A stretch of DNA of 64,000 nt from Candidatus Kaiserbacteria bacterium RIFCSPHIGHO2_01_FULL_53_29. Lineage in GTDB: Bacteria; Patescibacteriota; Minisyncoccia; Phycocordibacterales; UBA2100. A model generated the notes under the pieces. The model had not been told where the DNA came from and searched no databases. It saw nothing but the letters and a program-made list of their open reading frames with translations. The position numbers and the translations under genes were made by a program. Of this stretch, positions 17,567 through 25,587 are shown piece after piece. Location: assembly GCA_001781125.1 (NCBI GenBank), contig MFKT01000001.1, forward strand, positions 3,630-67,629. Reading direction: 5' to 3'. The number at the start of each line of letters is the position of its first letter. Position 1 is the stretch's first letter.

Positions 17567-17767
17567 AGAAGATGTTATGAACAAAGTGAATTACATATTC
17601 TTTACCCTCCCAAATTTTGCGCTCAACGCGCTTGAGTCGAATGCAGCACTTTGTCAGAGACCCGTCTCAACAATGCGCTATGTATGGCAGTCAGTTGCGC
17701 GAGCGGAAAATTTAGGAGGGTGGAAGTTATTGCTAAACTCGCTTACACTCGTTAAGCAAAACTAACC

Positions 17768-18316
17768 ATGTCACGACTCGGCAAACTAGCTATAAAGATC
17801 CCCGCGGGCACCGACGTGTCCGTCGTGTCCCATGAGATCATCGTCAAAGGGAAGGGCGGGACTTTGAAGCGCATGCTTCATCCGGCAGTTTCCGTTGCTA
17901 TCGAAAATGGTGAGGCTTCTGTAACGCCCAAAGAGATGTCGCGCCTCGGCCGGGCACTCTGGGGTACCTACGCTGCGCACGTGCGCAATATGATTTCCGG
18001 AGTAAACACGCCGTTCGTAAAGAAGCTGCAGGTAGAAGGGATCGGCTACAAAGCGGAATTGTCGGGTAAATCTCTCAAACTTGCCGTGGGGTTCTCGCAT
18101 CCGGTCGTGCTTTCGATCCCCGAAGGCATTACCGCGGTGGTGGAGAAAAATATCATTACCGTGTCCGGTGCCGACAAGGAGCAGATCGGAGAATTTGCCG
18201 CATCCATCCGTGCGACCAGGAAGCCGGAGCCGTATAAGGGTAAGGGCATCCGATATGAGGGAGAGGTCGTACGGCAGAAGCAGGGCAAGAAAGCGGCTAC
18301 AGCGGCCGCCGCATAG
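17768..18316 (+). CDS. rplF: 50S ribosomal protein L6
   Basis: MSRLGKLAIKIPAGTDVSVVSHEIIVKGKGGTL... matches L6. Confidence 0.9.
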   Translation: MSRLGKLAIKIPAGTDVSVVSHEIIVKGKGGTLKRMLHPAVSVAIENGEASVTPKEMSRLGRALWGTYAAHVRNMISGVNTPFVKKLQVEGIGYKAELSGKSLKLAVGFSHPVVLSIPEGITAVVEKNIITVSGADKEQIGEFAASIRATRKPEPYKGKGIRYEGEVVRQKQGKKAATAAAA

Positions 18317-18337
18317 TTCGACGTTGCTCACTATAAA
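18314..18337 (+). promoter_or_regulatory. Conserved intercistronic motif TAGTTCGACGTTGCTCACTATAAA (begins with the rplF stop codon)
   Basis: The same motif follows the stop of rplO before secY and, in reverse orientation, the stop of rpmI before rplT. Confidence 0.5.
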
Positions 18338-18345
18338 CAAAATAT

Positions 18346-18690
18346 ATGTCACTTTCAAAATCAGCACAAAGAGACCGGCGCCACAAGCGAGTGCGCGCGA
18401 AGGTCATTGGCAGCGGAGCGCGGCCGCGTCTCTCTATCTACAAATCCAACACGCGTCTCACGGCGCAGATCATTGACGACGCGAAGGGTATCACTATCGC
18501 TGCTGTCTCGTCTGCCGAAGAGAAAGGCAAGACACCGCGCGAGCGGGCAGAAGCCGCTGCCGCAACACTTGCAAAGCATGCGGGCGCTAAGGGCGTGAAG
18601 ACGGTGGTTTTCGATCGTGGCGGTTTTCAATATCTTGGAACGGTGAAAGCGTTTGCCGATGCCGCGCGCGCTGCAGGACTCGAATTCTAA
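18346..18690 (+). CDS. rplR: 50S ribosomal protein L18
   Basis: ...RPRLSIYKSNTRLTAQIIDDAKGITIAAVSS...GVKTVVFDRGGFQYLGTVKAFADAARAAGLEF matches L18. Confidence 0.9.
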   Translation: MSLSKSAQRDRRHKRVRAKVIGSGARPRLSIYKSNTRLTAQIIDDAKGITIAAVSSAEEKGKTPRERAEAAAATLAKHAGAKGVKTVVFDRGGFQYLGTVKAFADAARAAGLEF

Positions 18691-18697
18691 TAATTAT

Positions 18698-19327
18698 ATG
18701 AATGTAGAACAAAATCCAGAACAGGAAGTAGCGACACCGGCAGACGAGGTTGTTGTGGAGGTGCCGGTTACGCCAGTAGAGCCACGTGCGCCACAGCAAG
18801 GCTTTGGAGGTGCTCGCGGGAATCGTGACCGGCGTGGCGGAGGTCGCGGGGGCCGTCCGGGTGGACAGCGTCGCGGGGGCGATGAGCGACGCTCGGAATT
18901 TGCGCAAAAATTGATCGGCATCCGGCGCGTCGCGCGCGTTATGGCAGGCGGTCGCCGCTTCAATTTCTCTGCGGCACTCGTGCTCGGCGACAAGAAAGGG
19001 CGGGTAGGAGTTGGCTTGGGCAAAGCCGCAGACACCGCGCAAGCGATCGAAAAGGCGACCCGTGCGGCAAAACGCGCCATGATTAATTTGAATCTGACGA
19101 AAACCCGCAGTCTCGCGCATAATGTCGAGGCCAAATACTGTGCATCGCGCGTCGAGATCCGACCTTCTCCCGGCCGGGGACTCGTCGCGGGTTCATCGGT
19201 GCGCACCGTGCTTGAGCTTGCCGGAGTCTCGGACGTCACGGCCAAGCTTCTTTCGCGCAGTAAAAATCCGGTCAACAACGCGCGCGCAGCTATCGAGGCC
19301 CTGAAGAGCATCTCGATCACACAATAG
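18698..19327 (+). CDS. rpsE: 30S ribosomal protein S5 (with an N-terminal G/R-rich extension)
   Basis: ...[47 protein letters not shown] matches S5. Confidence 0.9.
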   Translation: [209 protein letters not shown]

Positions 19328-19331
19328 ACAT

Positions 19332-19781
19332 ATGGCATCACTCAATGCACTCAAACGCATGACAAAGAGGGCATATCGCCGCGTTGGGCGGGGACAATCG
19401 AGTACGCGTGGCAAGCAATCAGGTCGTGGCGGCAAGGGGCAAACCGCGCGGGCCGGCAACAAACGCCGACCCGAGATGCGCGACATCATCAAGAAATTGC
19501 CCAAGCGCCGCGGATACGGCAAGAACCGTGGACGCACCGTAGACGGCACCAGGCCGGATGCGGTCGCTCTCTCGATCGAACGCCTCAACGCTCTCTTTGA
19601 TGCGGGGGCGGAGGTGACGCCGCGAGCGCTTCAGGAGAAGGGTATTCTCAAACGGCGCACAATGGTGCCCGTGAAGATCGTCGGCGCAGGTGTTGCAAGC
19701 GGGAAATTTTCCATAAAAGGGATCGCAGTTTCCGCGTCCGCCCGCGCAGCGATCGAGAAGGCAGGCGGAACAATTGCATAG
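19332..19781 (+). CDS. rplO: 50S ribosomal protein L15
   Basis: MASLNALKRMTKRAYRRVGRGQSSTRGKQSGRGGKGQ... matches L15. No L30 gene lies between S5 and L15. Confidence 0.9.
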   Translation: MASLNALKRMTKRAYRRVGRGQSSTRGKQSGRGGKGQTARAGNKRRPEMRDIIKKLPKRRGYGKNRGRTVDGTRPDAVALSIERLNALFDAGAEVTPRALQEKGILKRRTMVPVKIVGAGVASGKFSIKGIAVSASARAAIEKAGGTIA

Positions 19782-19802
19782 TTCGACGAAGCTCACTATA
19801 AA
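19779..19802 (+). promoter_or_regulatory. Second copy of the intercistronic motif TAGTTCGACGAAGCTCACTATAAA (begins with the rplO stop)
   Basis: Direct comparison with 18314..18337. Confidence 0.5.
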
Positions 19803-19807
19803 TATCT

Positions 19808-21082
19808 ATGATGGAAACATTCTTGCGCAAAGTAAAACTTGTCTTCGAAGACGAGACGCTCCGCACGCGCATTCTCTTCGTCTTAGGCGCACTCGTAGTG
19901 TTCCGGTTTCTCGCTGCGATCCCCATTCCGGGTATCGACGCCACACAGCTTGAAGCATTTTTGAGCAACAACCAATTTCTCGGACTGCTTAATATATTCT
20001 CGGGAGGCGGCTTCTCGAACCTTTCTATCATGATGATCGGTGTCTCTCCGTACATCACTGCGTCGATCGTCATGCAGCTCATGACCGTCCTTATCCCGAA
20101 GTTGAAGGAGATGTATCAGGAGGAAGGTGACGCCGGCCGGATGCGCTTTATGCAATATTCGCGCTATCTCACTGTGCCGCTCGCGTTCGTTCAGGCGTTT
20201 GGATTTCTCCTCTTGCTCCAACAGAACGGTATTGTACCGGCTCTTTCCCCCTTGGGATTTGCGACCAACGTCTTTGTAATAGCCGCCGGCGCCATGCTCA
20301 TCATGTGGATCGGTGAGCTCGTCTCGGAATTCGGTGTAGGCAACGGTATCTCGCTCATTATTTTTGCGGGCATTGTTGCGGGTATCCCGAGCAGCGTATC
20401 GCAGTTCGCATTCTCCTTCGATGTCTCGCAGATTCCCACATATGTCGGATTTACTGCGGCTGCGGCCCTCATCATCGCGGGTGTCGTCTTCATTACCGAG
20501 GCTGAGCGGCCCATTCCCGTCACCTATGCCCGCCGCGTGCGCGGGACGAAAGTCTTGGGCGGCATTTCCACGTATTTGCCGCTTCGTGTGAATCAGGCCG
20601 GAGTGATCCCGATTATTTTTGCGCTCTCGATACTTCTCTTTCCGCAAATGATCGCCACGTTCCTCGCAAAAAGCTCCATCCCCTTCATTGCGTCCGCCGC
20701 AAGCGCGGTTGTTTCCGGCCTTGCCAATCAATGGATCTACGGCGGGCTGTATTTCTTCCTGGTATTCATCTTTACTTACTTCTATACTGCGATCACTTTT
20801 GAGCCGCATCAAGTCGCCAAGAACCTGCAGAAGAACGGCGCCTTTATTCCCGGAGTCCGGCCCGGTGGCACAACGGCGGAATATTTGGGAAACATCATCA
20901 CACGCATCACGCTCGTGGGCGCGCTCTTCCTGGGTATCCTTGCGGTTCTGCCGATCATTCTTCAGGGTATCACCGGAATTACCGCGGTCACGATCGGTGG
21001 CACGGCGCTCCTCATCGTTGTCTCTGTGGTATTGGACCTTGTCAAAAAGATTGACGCGCAGACGTCTATCAGAGAGTATTAA
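19808..21082 (+). CDS. secY: Preprotein translocase subunit SecY
   Basis: A 424-aa protein with 10 TM segments in the SecY position after L15, with characteristic hydrophobic blocks. Confidence 0.9.
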   Translation: MMETFLRKVKLVFEDETLRTRILFVLGALVVFRFLAAIPIPGIDATQLEAFLSNNQFLGLLNIFSGGGFSNLSIMMIGVSPYITASIVMQLMTVLIPKLKEMYQEEGDAGRMRFMQYSRYLTVPLAFVQAFGFLLLLQQNGIVPALSPLGFATNVFVIAAGAMLIMWIGELVSEFGVGNGISLIIFAGIVAGIPSSVSQFAFSFDVSQIPTYVGFTAAAALIIAGVVFITEAERPIPVTYARRVRGTKVLGGISTYLPLRVNQAGVIPIIFALSILLFPQMIATFLAKSSIPFIASAASAVVSGLANQWIYGGLYFFLVFIFTYFYTAITFEPHQVAKNLQKNGAFIPGVRPGGTTAEYLGNIITRITLVGALFLGILAVLPIILQGITGITAVTIGGTALLIVVSVVLDLVKKIDAQTSIREY

Positions 21083-21087
21083 TTGGA

Positions 21088-21684
21088 ATGGAGGCGGTAA
21101 CAGTCAAGCAAGTTGTGGTAATCGCCGGGCCATCCGGATCGGGCAAGAACGTCGTTATCAACGAGATATTGAAGCGGTATCCCAATTGCGCGCGGCTCGT
21201 GACGGCGACAACACGCGCGATGCGTCCCGGTGAGCAGGAAGGCGTCGACTATTATTTTATGTCGCAGGAGCAATTCGATGAGCAATTGAGTGCGGGAAAT
21301 ATCCTCGAACATCGCTTCGTTCCCGCACTCAACACCTACTACGGCACCTACCTGCCTGATCTCGCGAAAAGGATGAGCGAGGGAAAGATCGTTTTCGCAC
21401 AAGTGGACATCGAGGGGGCCAGGCTTCTGAAGAGTCGCTATGGGGCAACGACGATCTTCATCATGCCGGAATCACTCGAACAATTCAGGGCTCGTCTGCA
21501 TGTGCGCAACCCCGAATGGTCAGAGATCGAATTCAAAGCACGTATGAAAGTGACGGAACAAGAATTACATGAACACGCACCGCAGTATGACTATCGTATT
21601 GTGAACGCCGACGGAAAGTTGGAGGACACGCTGCGCGAGGTCGTGGAAATAATGCAGAAAGAAGGCTACAATCTCTCAACATGA
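21088..21684 (+). CDS. gmk: Guanylate kinase
   Basis: P-loop VVIAGPSGSGKNVV, TTRAMRPGEQEGVDYYF, and a LID/NMP-binding pattern typical of Gmk. Confidence 0.85.
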   Translation: MEAVTVKQVVVIAGPSGSGKNVVINEILKRYPNCARLVTATTRAMRPGEQEGVDYYFMSQEQFDEQLSAGNILEHRFVPALNTYYGTYLPDLAKRMSEGKIVFAQVDIEGARLLKSRYGATTIFIMPESLEQFRARLHVRNPEWSEIEFKARMKVTEQELHEHAPQYDYRIVNADGKLEDTLREVVEIMQKEGYNLST

Positions 21685-21757
21685 ACCCCGTTAGAAAAAC
21701 GTTTTCAGGAATGTTGGCCAAAATAGTTTCTATGTGCAATACGAACGTTACTTTGAT

Positions 21758-22384
21758 ATGACAGATACATTTTCTAATGGGGTGAAACCCCTTACCGTTT
21801 TATTTTTCGGCTCACAGGGTGCTGGCAAAGGCACGCAGGTAAAGATGCTCATCGATTACCTCCGATCGAGATCGGATCGGGGTGTCGTCCATATCGACAT
21901 GGGCCAGCAACTCCGAAATCTCCGGGATACCGGCACATGGGCGGGGAAACTCACCGGTGAAATTATCGATGCGGGGGTACGCATCTATGATTTTATGGCG
22001 ATTTACCTCCAAACAAAACTGCTTGTGGATAATTTCACCGGCGAGCAGCATATCATCGCCGATGGCCTGGCGCGCGGGGAAGACCAGACACGAGGGTTCG
22101 ACGACATGATGCAATTTTTCAAGCGTGACGATCTTCAGGTCATCAACCTGGTAATTTCCGATGATACGGCAGTGAAGCGCCTCCTTGCGCGCGGCCGCAA
22201 CGACGATACGGAGGAAGCGATACGAAGGCGTCTCGCATGGACAAAAACGGACGTGATACCGCAGCTTGAACTTTTGAAAGGTCGCGGCCGCGCGATCCAC
22301 GAGATCGACGGTGAACCGGATGTCGCGTTGATACACAAGAGTATCCTGAAAGTTCTGGAATTGGCGCCCATAAAGGGGATCTAA
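21758..22384 (+). CDS. adk: Adenylate kinase
   Basis: FFGSQGAGKGTQ P-loop and ...DGLARGEDQTRGFD... The start is taken at the internal ATG (MTDTFSNG). Confidence 0.8.
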   Translation: MTDTFSNGVKPLTVLFFGSQGAGKGTQVKMLIDYLRSRSDRGVVHIDMGQQLRNLRDTGTWAGKLTGEIIDAGVRIYDFMAIYLQTKLLVDNFTGEQHIIADGLARGEDQTRGFDDMMQFFKRDDLQVINLVISDDTAVKRLLARGRNDDTEEAIRRRLAWTKTDVIPQLELLKGRGRAIHEIDGEPDVALIHKSILKVLELAPIKGI

Positions 22385-22424
22385 GAATTTCCAACTCGTA
22401 TATGCTCGTAAGAACTTCTAAGAC

Positions 22425-23195
22425 ATGATCGCAAAGACCACGGATGATATCGAGGCGCTCCGTGAAGGAGGGCGCCGGCTCGCGCGGCATTTGCGCATCC
22501 TTTCCGGCATGGTTCTACCCGGCGTATCTGCGCGCGAACTCGAAGACAAGGCCCGCAAGATGGTGAAAGCGGAGGGCGATATACTCGCATTCTATGGTCA
22601 CACCGAAGGGAAAAAGGACAAGCCGTATCCATCCGGGCTGTGTCTTTCGGTCAATGATGTGATCGTGCACTCTCCCGCAAGCGACAATGGCGCGACCATC
22701 CACGATGGTGATGTGGTGTGCCTCGATTTTGGCATCAAACACAAAGGGCTCTATACCGACCACGCGGTCACGGTCATTGCGGGGACTGCGCGCGATCCTC
22801 ACGACGAGAGATTAGTGCGCGGCACCTATGAGGCGCTTGCTGCGGGGATCGCACAGGCGAAAGTGGGCAACACGACCGGCGACATTGGCTATGCGGTGCA
22901 AAAAGTTGCCGAGAAATATCATTTTGGATATCCAAAAAATCTCTCAGGCCATGGCGTGGGGCAGAAGGTGCATGAGGAGCCGCACATTCCGAATTTTGGC
23001 ACACCCCACACGGGCACGAAGCTCGAAGAAGGCATGGTCATCGCCATCGAGCCCATGATGACACTCGGAAGTGGCGAGCTTTTCATCGACAAAGACGGCC
23101 ACTCCTACCGCACAAAGGACGGCTCCCGCACTGCCCACGCCGAGCACACGGTACTTATCACAAAAGACGGTCCTGAGATTCTGACAGAAGAATAA
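22425..23195 (+). CDS. map: Type I methionine aminopeptidase
   Basis: ...CLSVNDVIVHSPA...DGDVVCLDFG...GHGVGQKVHEEPHIPNFG...IEPMMTLGSG shows the MetAP metal-ligand pattern. Confidence 0.9.
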   Translation: MIAKTTDDIEALREGGRRLARHLRILSGMVLPGVSARELEDKARKMVKAEGDILAFYGHTEGKKDKPYPSGLCLSVNDVIVHSPASDNGATIHDGDVVCLDFGIKHKGLYTDHAVTVIAGTARDPHDERLVRGTYEALAAGIAQAKVGNTTGDIGYAVQKVAEKYHFGYPKNLSGHGVGQKVHEEPHIPNFGTPHTGTKLEEGMVIAIEPMMTLGSGELFIDKDGHSYRTKDGSRTAHAEHTVLITKDGPEILTEE

Positions 23196-23200
23196 GTTCT

Positions 23201-23611
23201 ATGAAAATTATCATCTGCGGCTCCATCAGTGCAGCGGATGAGATTTTGTCTGCAAAGAAAATTCTGGAAGACACCGGTCATGTTGTTGAGGTCCCTGAAG
23301 GTGTCAAAAATAATGAGCTTCGTGCTCGAACGGACATCAGCAATGAAGAAAAAGCAAATGACAAAATCGCGCACGATCTCATCCGTAAGTATTTTGAGAA
23401 GGTCAAACAGTGCGATGTCGTTTTGGTGGTAAATCCGGAGAAGAGGGGAATAAAAGGGTATATCGGTGGTAATTCGCTCATCGAAATGGCGTTCGCGCAC
23501 GTTCTCGGTAAACCGCTCTATGTCCTCCATCCCATACCCCAACTCCCGTACACTGCAGAAATAATTGCTATGCAGCCCGTAATTTTGAACGGCGACCTGT
23601 CCCTCATCTGA
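23201..23611 (+). CDS. Nucleoside 2-deoxyribosyltransferase-like (Rossmann-like) small protein
   Basis: MKIIICGSIS...VVLVVNPEKRG..GYIGGNSLIEMAFAHVLGKPLYVL is typical of this fold. The family assignment is tentative. Confidence 0.5.
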   Translation: MKIIICGSISAADEILSAKKILEDTGHVVEVPEGVKNNELRARTDISNEEKANDKIAHDLIRKYFEKVKQCDVVLVVNPEKRGIKGYIGGNSLIEMAFAHVLGKPLYVLHPIPQLPYTAEIIAMQPVILNGDLSLI

Positions 23612-23659
23612 TGATGGTACAATGTACTCATTTCAAGCTATAGCGTAAGATAGGTACGT

Positions 23660-24229
23660 ATGGGGACGATGGAAGTTGAAAGTAGAAAGAGAACAAAGAA
23701 GAATCAACTAAAGGGGATGATTCTGGAAACCGTTAAGATAGCGGGTCTCATTAGCCTGTTTGTTGTTGCCCCCAATGTTATTGGAGCAATGGCAAAGATT
23801 GGTCTCATCGCGTCTCCTCGCCAGAAAGACGTGATACAACGCGCATCCCAGCGACTTGTTCGGCAGGGTTTGATGGAGTGGAGGCAGGGGAAGTTGCGTT
23901 TGACCGAAAAAGGGGAGAGGGAACTGCGTATACTGCAACTTCGCGAATTGGCGCGGAATCGGCCCCGAAAGTGGGACAAAAAGTGGCGGGTATTGATCTT
24001 TGACATTCCCGAACATCGTAAAGTATTGAGAGACAAAATCCGTACGACATTGCAAAAAATCGGCTTTGAACACTTACAGGATAGCGTATGGGTTTATCCC
24101 TATGACTGCGAAGACCTGATGGCGCTCCTGAAAGCTGAATTCCACGTCGGTGACGCGGTGCGCTACCTCATCGCGGATGCAATAGAGCGCGACGAGGGAC
24201 TGCGTCGGCATTTCAAGCTGTTATCGTAA
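23660..24229 (+). CDS. PaaX C-terminal-domain-like protein with an N-terminal hydrophobic segment
   Basis: KWDKKWRVLIFDIPEHRKVLRDKIRTTLQKIGFEHLQDSVWVYP matches the PaaX_C signature (W..W....DIPE..R..R..L...GF..L..SVW..P). Confidence 0.5.
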   Translation: MGTMEVESRKRTKKNQLKGMILETVKIAGLISLFVVAPNVIGAMAKIGLIASPRQKDVIQRASQRLVRQGLMEWRQGKLRLTEKGERELRILQLRELARNRPRKWDKKWRVLIFDIPEHRKVLRDKIRTTLQKIGFEHLQDSVWVYPYDCEDLMALLKAEFHVGDAVRYLIADAIERDEGLRRHFKLLS

Positions 24230-24303
24230 CGTACTTATCTCATGCTATAGCAGAGAATAAGTACGATGTGAAATAAGGAGAATTGTTCTGGTACAATTCT
24301 TCA

Positions 24304-25575
24304 ATGGATGTGTTACTTGTTGGTGGTGGTGGAAGAGAACACGCGCTCGCGTGGAAATTGAAACAATCGCCACGTATCGGGAAGCTTTATATTGCTCCGG
24401 GAAACGGCGGCACGCGGCTCCTTGGCGAAAATGTGCCGATAGGTGCGATGGAATTTGAGAAATTGGCGGACTTTGCAGAGGAAAAGAAAATCGGGCTTAC
24501 CGTTATTGGGCCCGATGATCCACTTGCGGGTGGCATTGTTGATGTGTTTAAGGCGCATGGCTTGCGCGTGTGGGGACCGACGAAAGAGGCGGCGCAGATC
24601 GAGGGCTCGAAAGCATTTTCAAAGCAGTTGATGCGCGAAGCCGGAATTCCGACGGGCGAGTTTGGTGTGTTCACCGAATATGAAAAAGCATTCGCCTACG
24701 TGCGTGAAAGAGGCCTGCCCATCGTGGTTAAAGCAAGCGGGCTTGCGCTTGGCAAGGGCGTCTATGTATGCCAGACGCTCGCGGATGCTGAAGCGGCACT
24801 CAATGAGGTCATGGTCAGGAAAATTCACAAAGACTCCGGCGACCAAGTCGTGATCGAAGAGTTCTTGGACGGACAAGAAATCTCGCTCCATGCACTTTCC
24901 GACGGGAAAAATTATTTGATGTTTCCGTCATCGCAGGACCACAAGACTATTGGTGAAGGGGATACGGGAAAAAACACCGGCGGAATTGGTACTATTGCGC
25001 CCGTACCGTGGGTTACTGCCGAGATGATGGGCACACTTGAAACTAATGTCGTCCGTCCGACGCTCAATGCACTTGCCGCGAAAGGCTCACCATTTGTCGG
25101 GATTTTATATCCGGGCCTTAAGATGAGTTCCAAGGGTCCGAAAGTCCTCGAATTCAACGCGCGGTTCGGCGATCCAGAGACGCAGGTGTATATGCGGCTG
25201 CTAAAAAACGATATCCTCGATCTTTTCGAGGCATGCATAGACGGAACACTCGACAAACAAATACTTGAATGGAATTCCGGATTCGCCGTCAACATCGTTC
25301 TGTGTTCCGGCGGCTATCCCGATGAATACAAAAAAGGATTTCCGATTACTGGGATCGAAGAAGCGGGGAAAGTCGATGGCGTCATCGTTTTTCACGCGGG
25401 CACCGTATTCGATGGTCAATTGAAGACCTCCGGTGGTCGCGTCCTCGGTGTATCTGCGGTCGGCGGCACCCTCAAAGAAGCGCTCGACCGCGCCTATAAA
25501 GCCGCGGACAAGATCCAATTTGAAGGAAAATACTACCGCCGCGACATCGGTGCGAAGGCGCTTGCGTTAGAGTGA
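24304..25575 (+). CDS. purD: Phosphoribosylamine--glycine ligase
   Basis: MDVLLVGGGGREHALAWKL...the ATP-grasp core...EFNARFGDPETQ matches PurD. Confidence 0.9.
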   Translation: MDVLLVGGGGREHALAWKLKQSPRIGKLYIAPGNGGTRLLGENVPIGAMEFEKLADFAEEKKIGLTVIGPDDPLAGGIVDVFKAHGLRVWGPTKEAAQIEGSKAFSKQLMREAGIPTGEFGVFTEYEKAFAYVRERGLPIVVKASGLALGKGVYVCQTLADAEAALNEVMVRKIHKDSGDQVVIEEFLDGQEISLHALSDGKNYLMFPSSQDHKTIGEGDTGKNTGGIGTIAPVPWVTAEMMGTLETNVVRPTLNALAAKGSPFVGILYPGLKMSSKGPKVLEFNARFGDPETQVYMRLLKNDILDLFEACIDGTLDKQILEWNSGFAVNIVLCSGGYPDEYKKGFPITGIEEAGKVDGVIVFHAGTVFDGQLKTSGGRVLGVSAVGGTLKEALDRAYKAADKIQFEGKYYRRDIGAKALALE

Positions 25576-25587
25576 TATACTTTCTCC

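Noticed and set aside
18587-19341. Minus-strand ORFs of 177 and 215 aa
   Set aside because: They are antisense to rpsE (S5), which is unambiguous.
19883-20812. 309-aa minus-strand ORF
   Set aside because: It is antisense to secY, and its charged/R-rich composition is typical of shadow frames.
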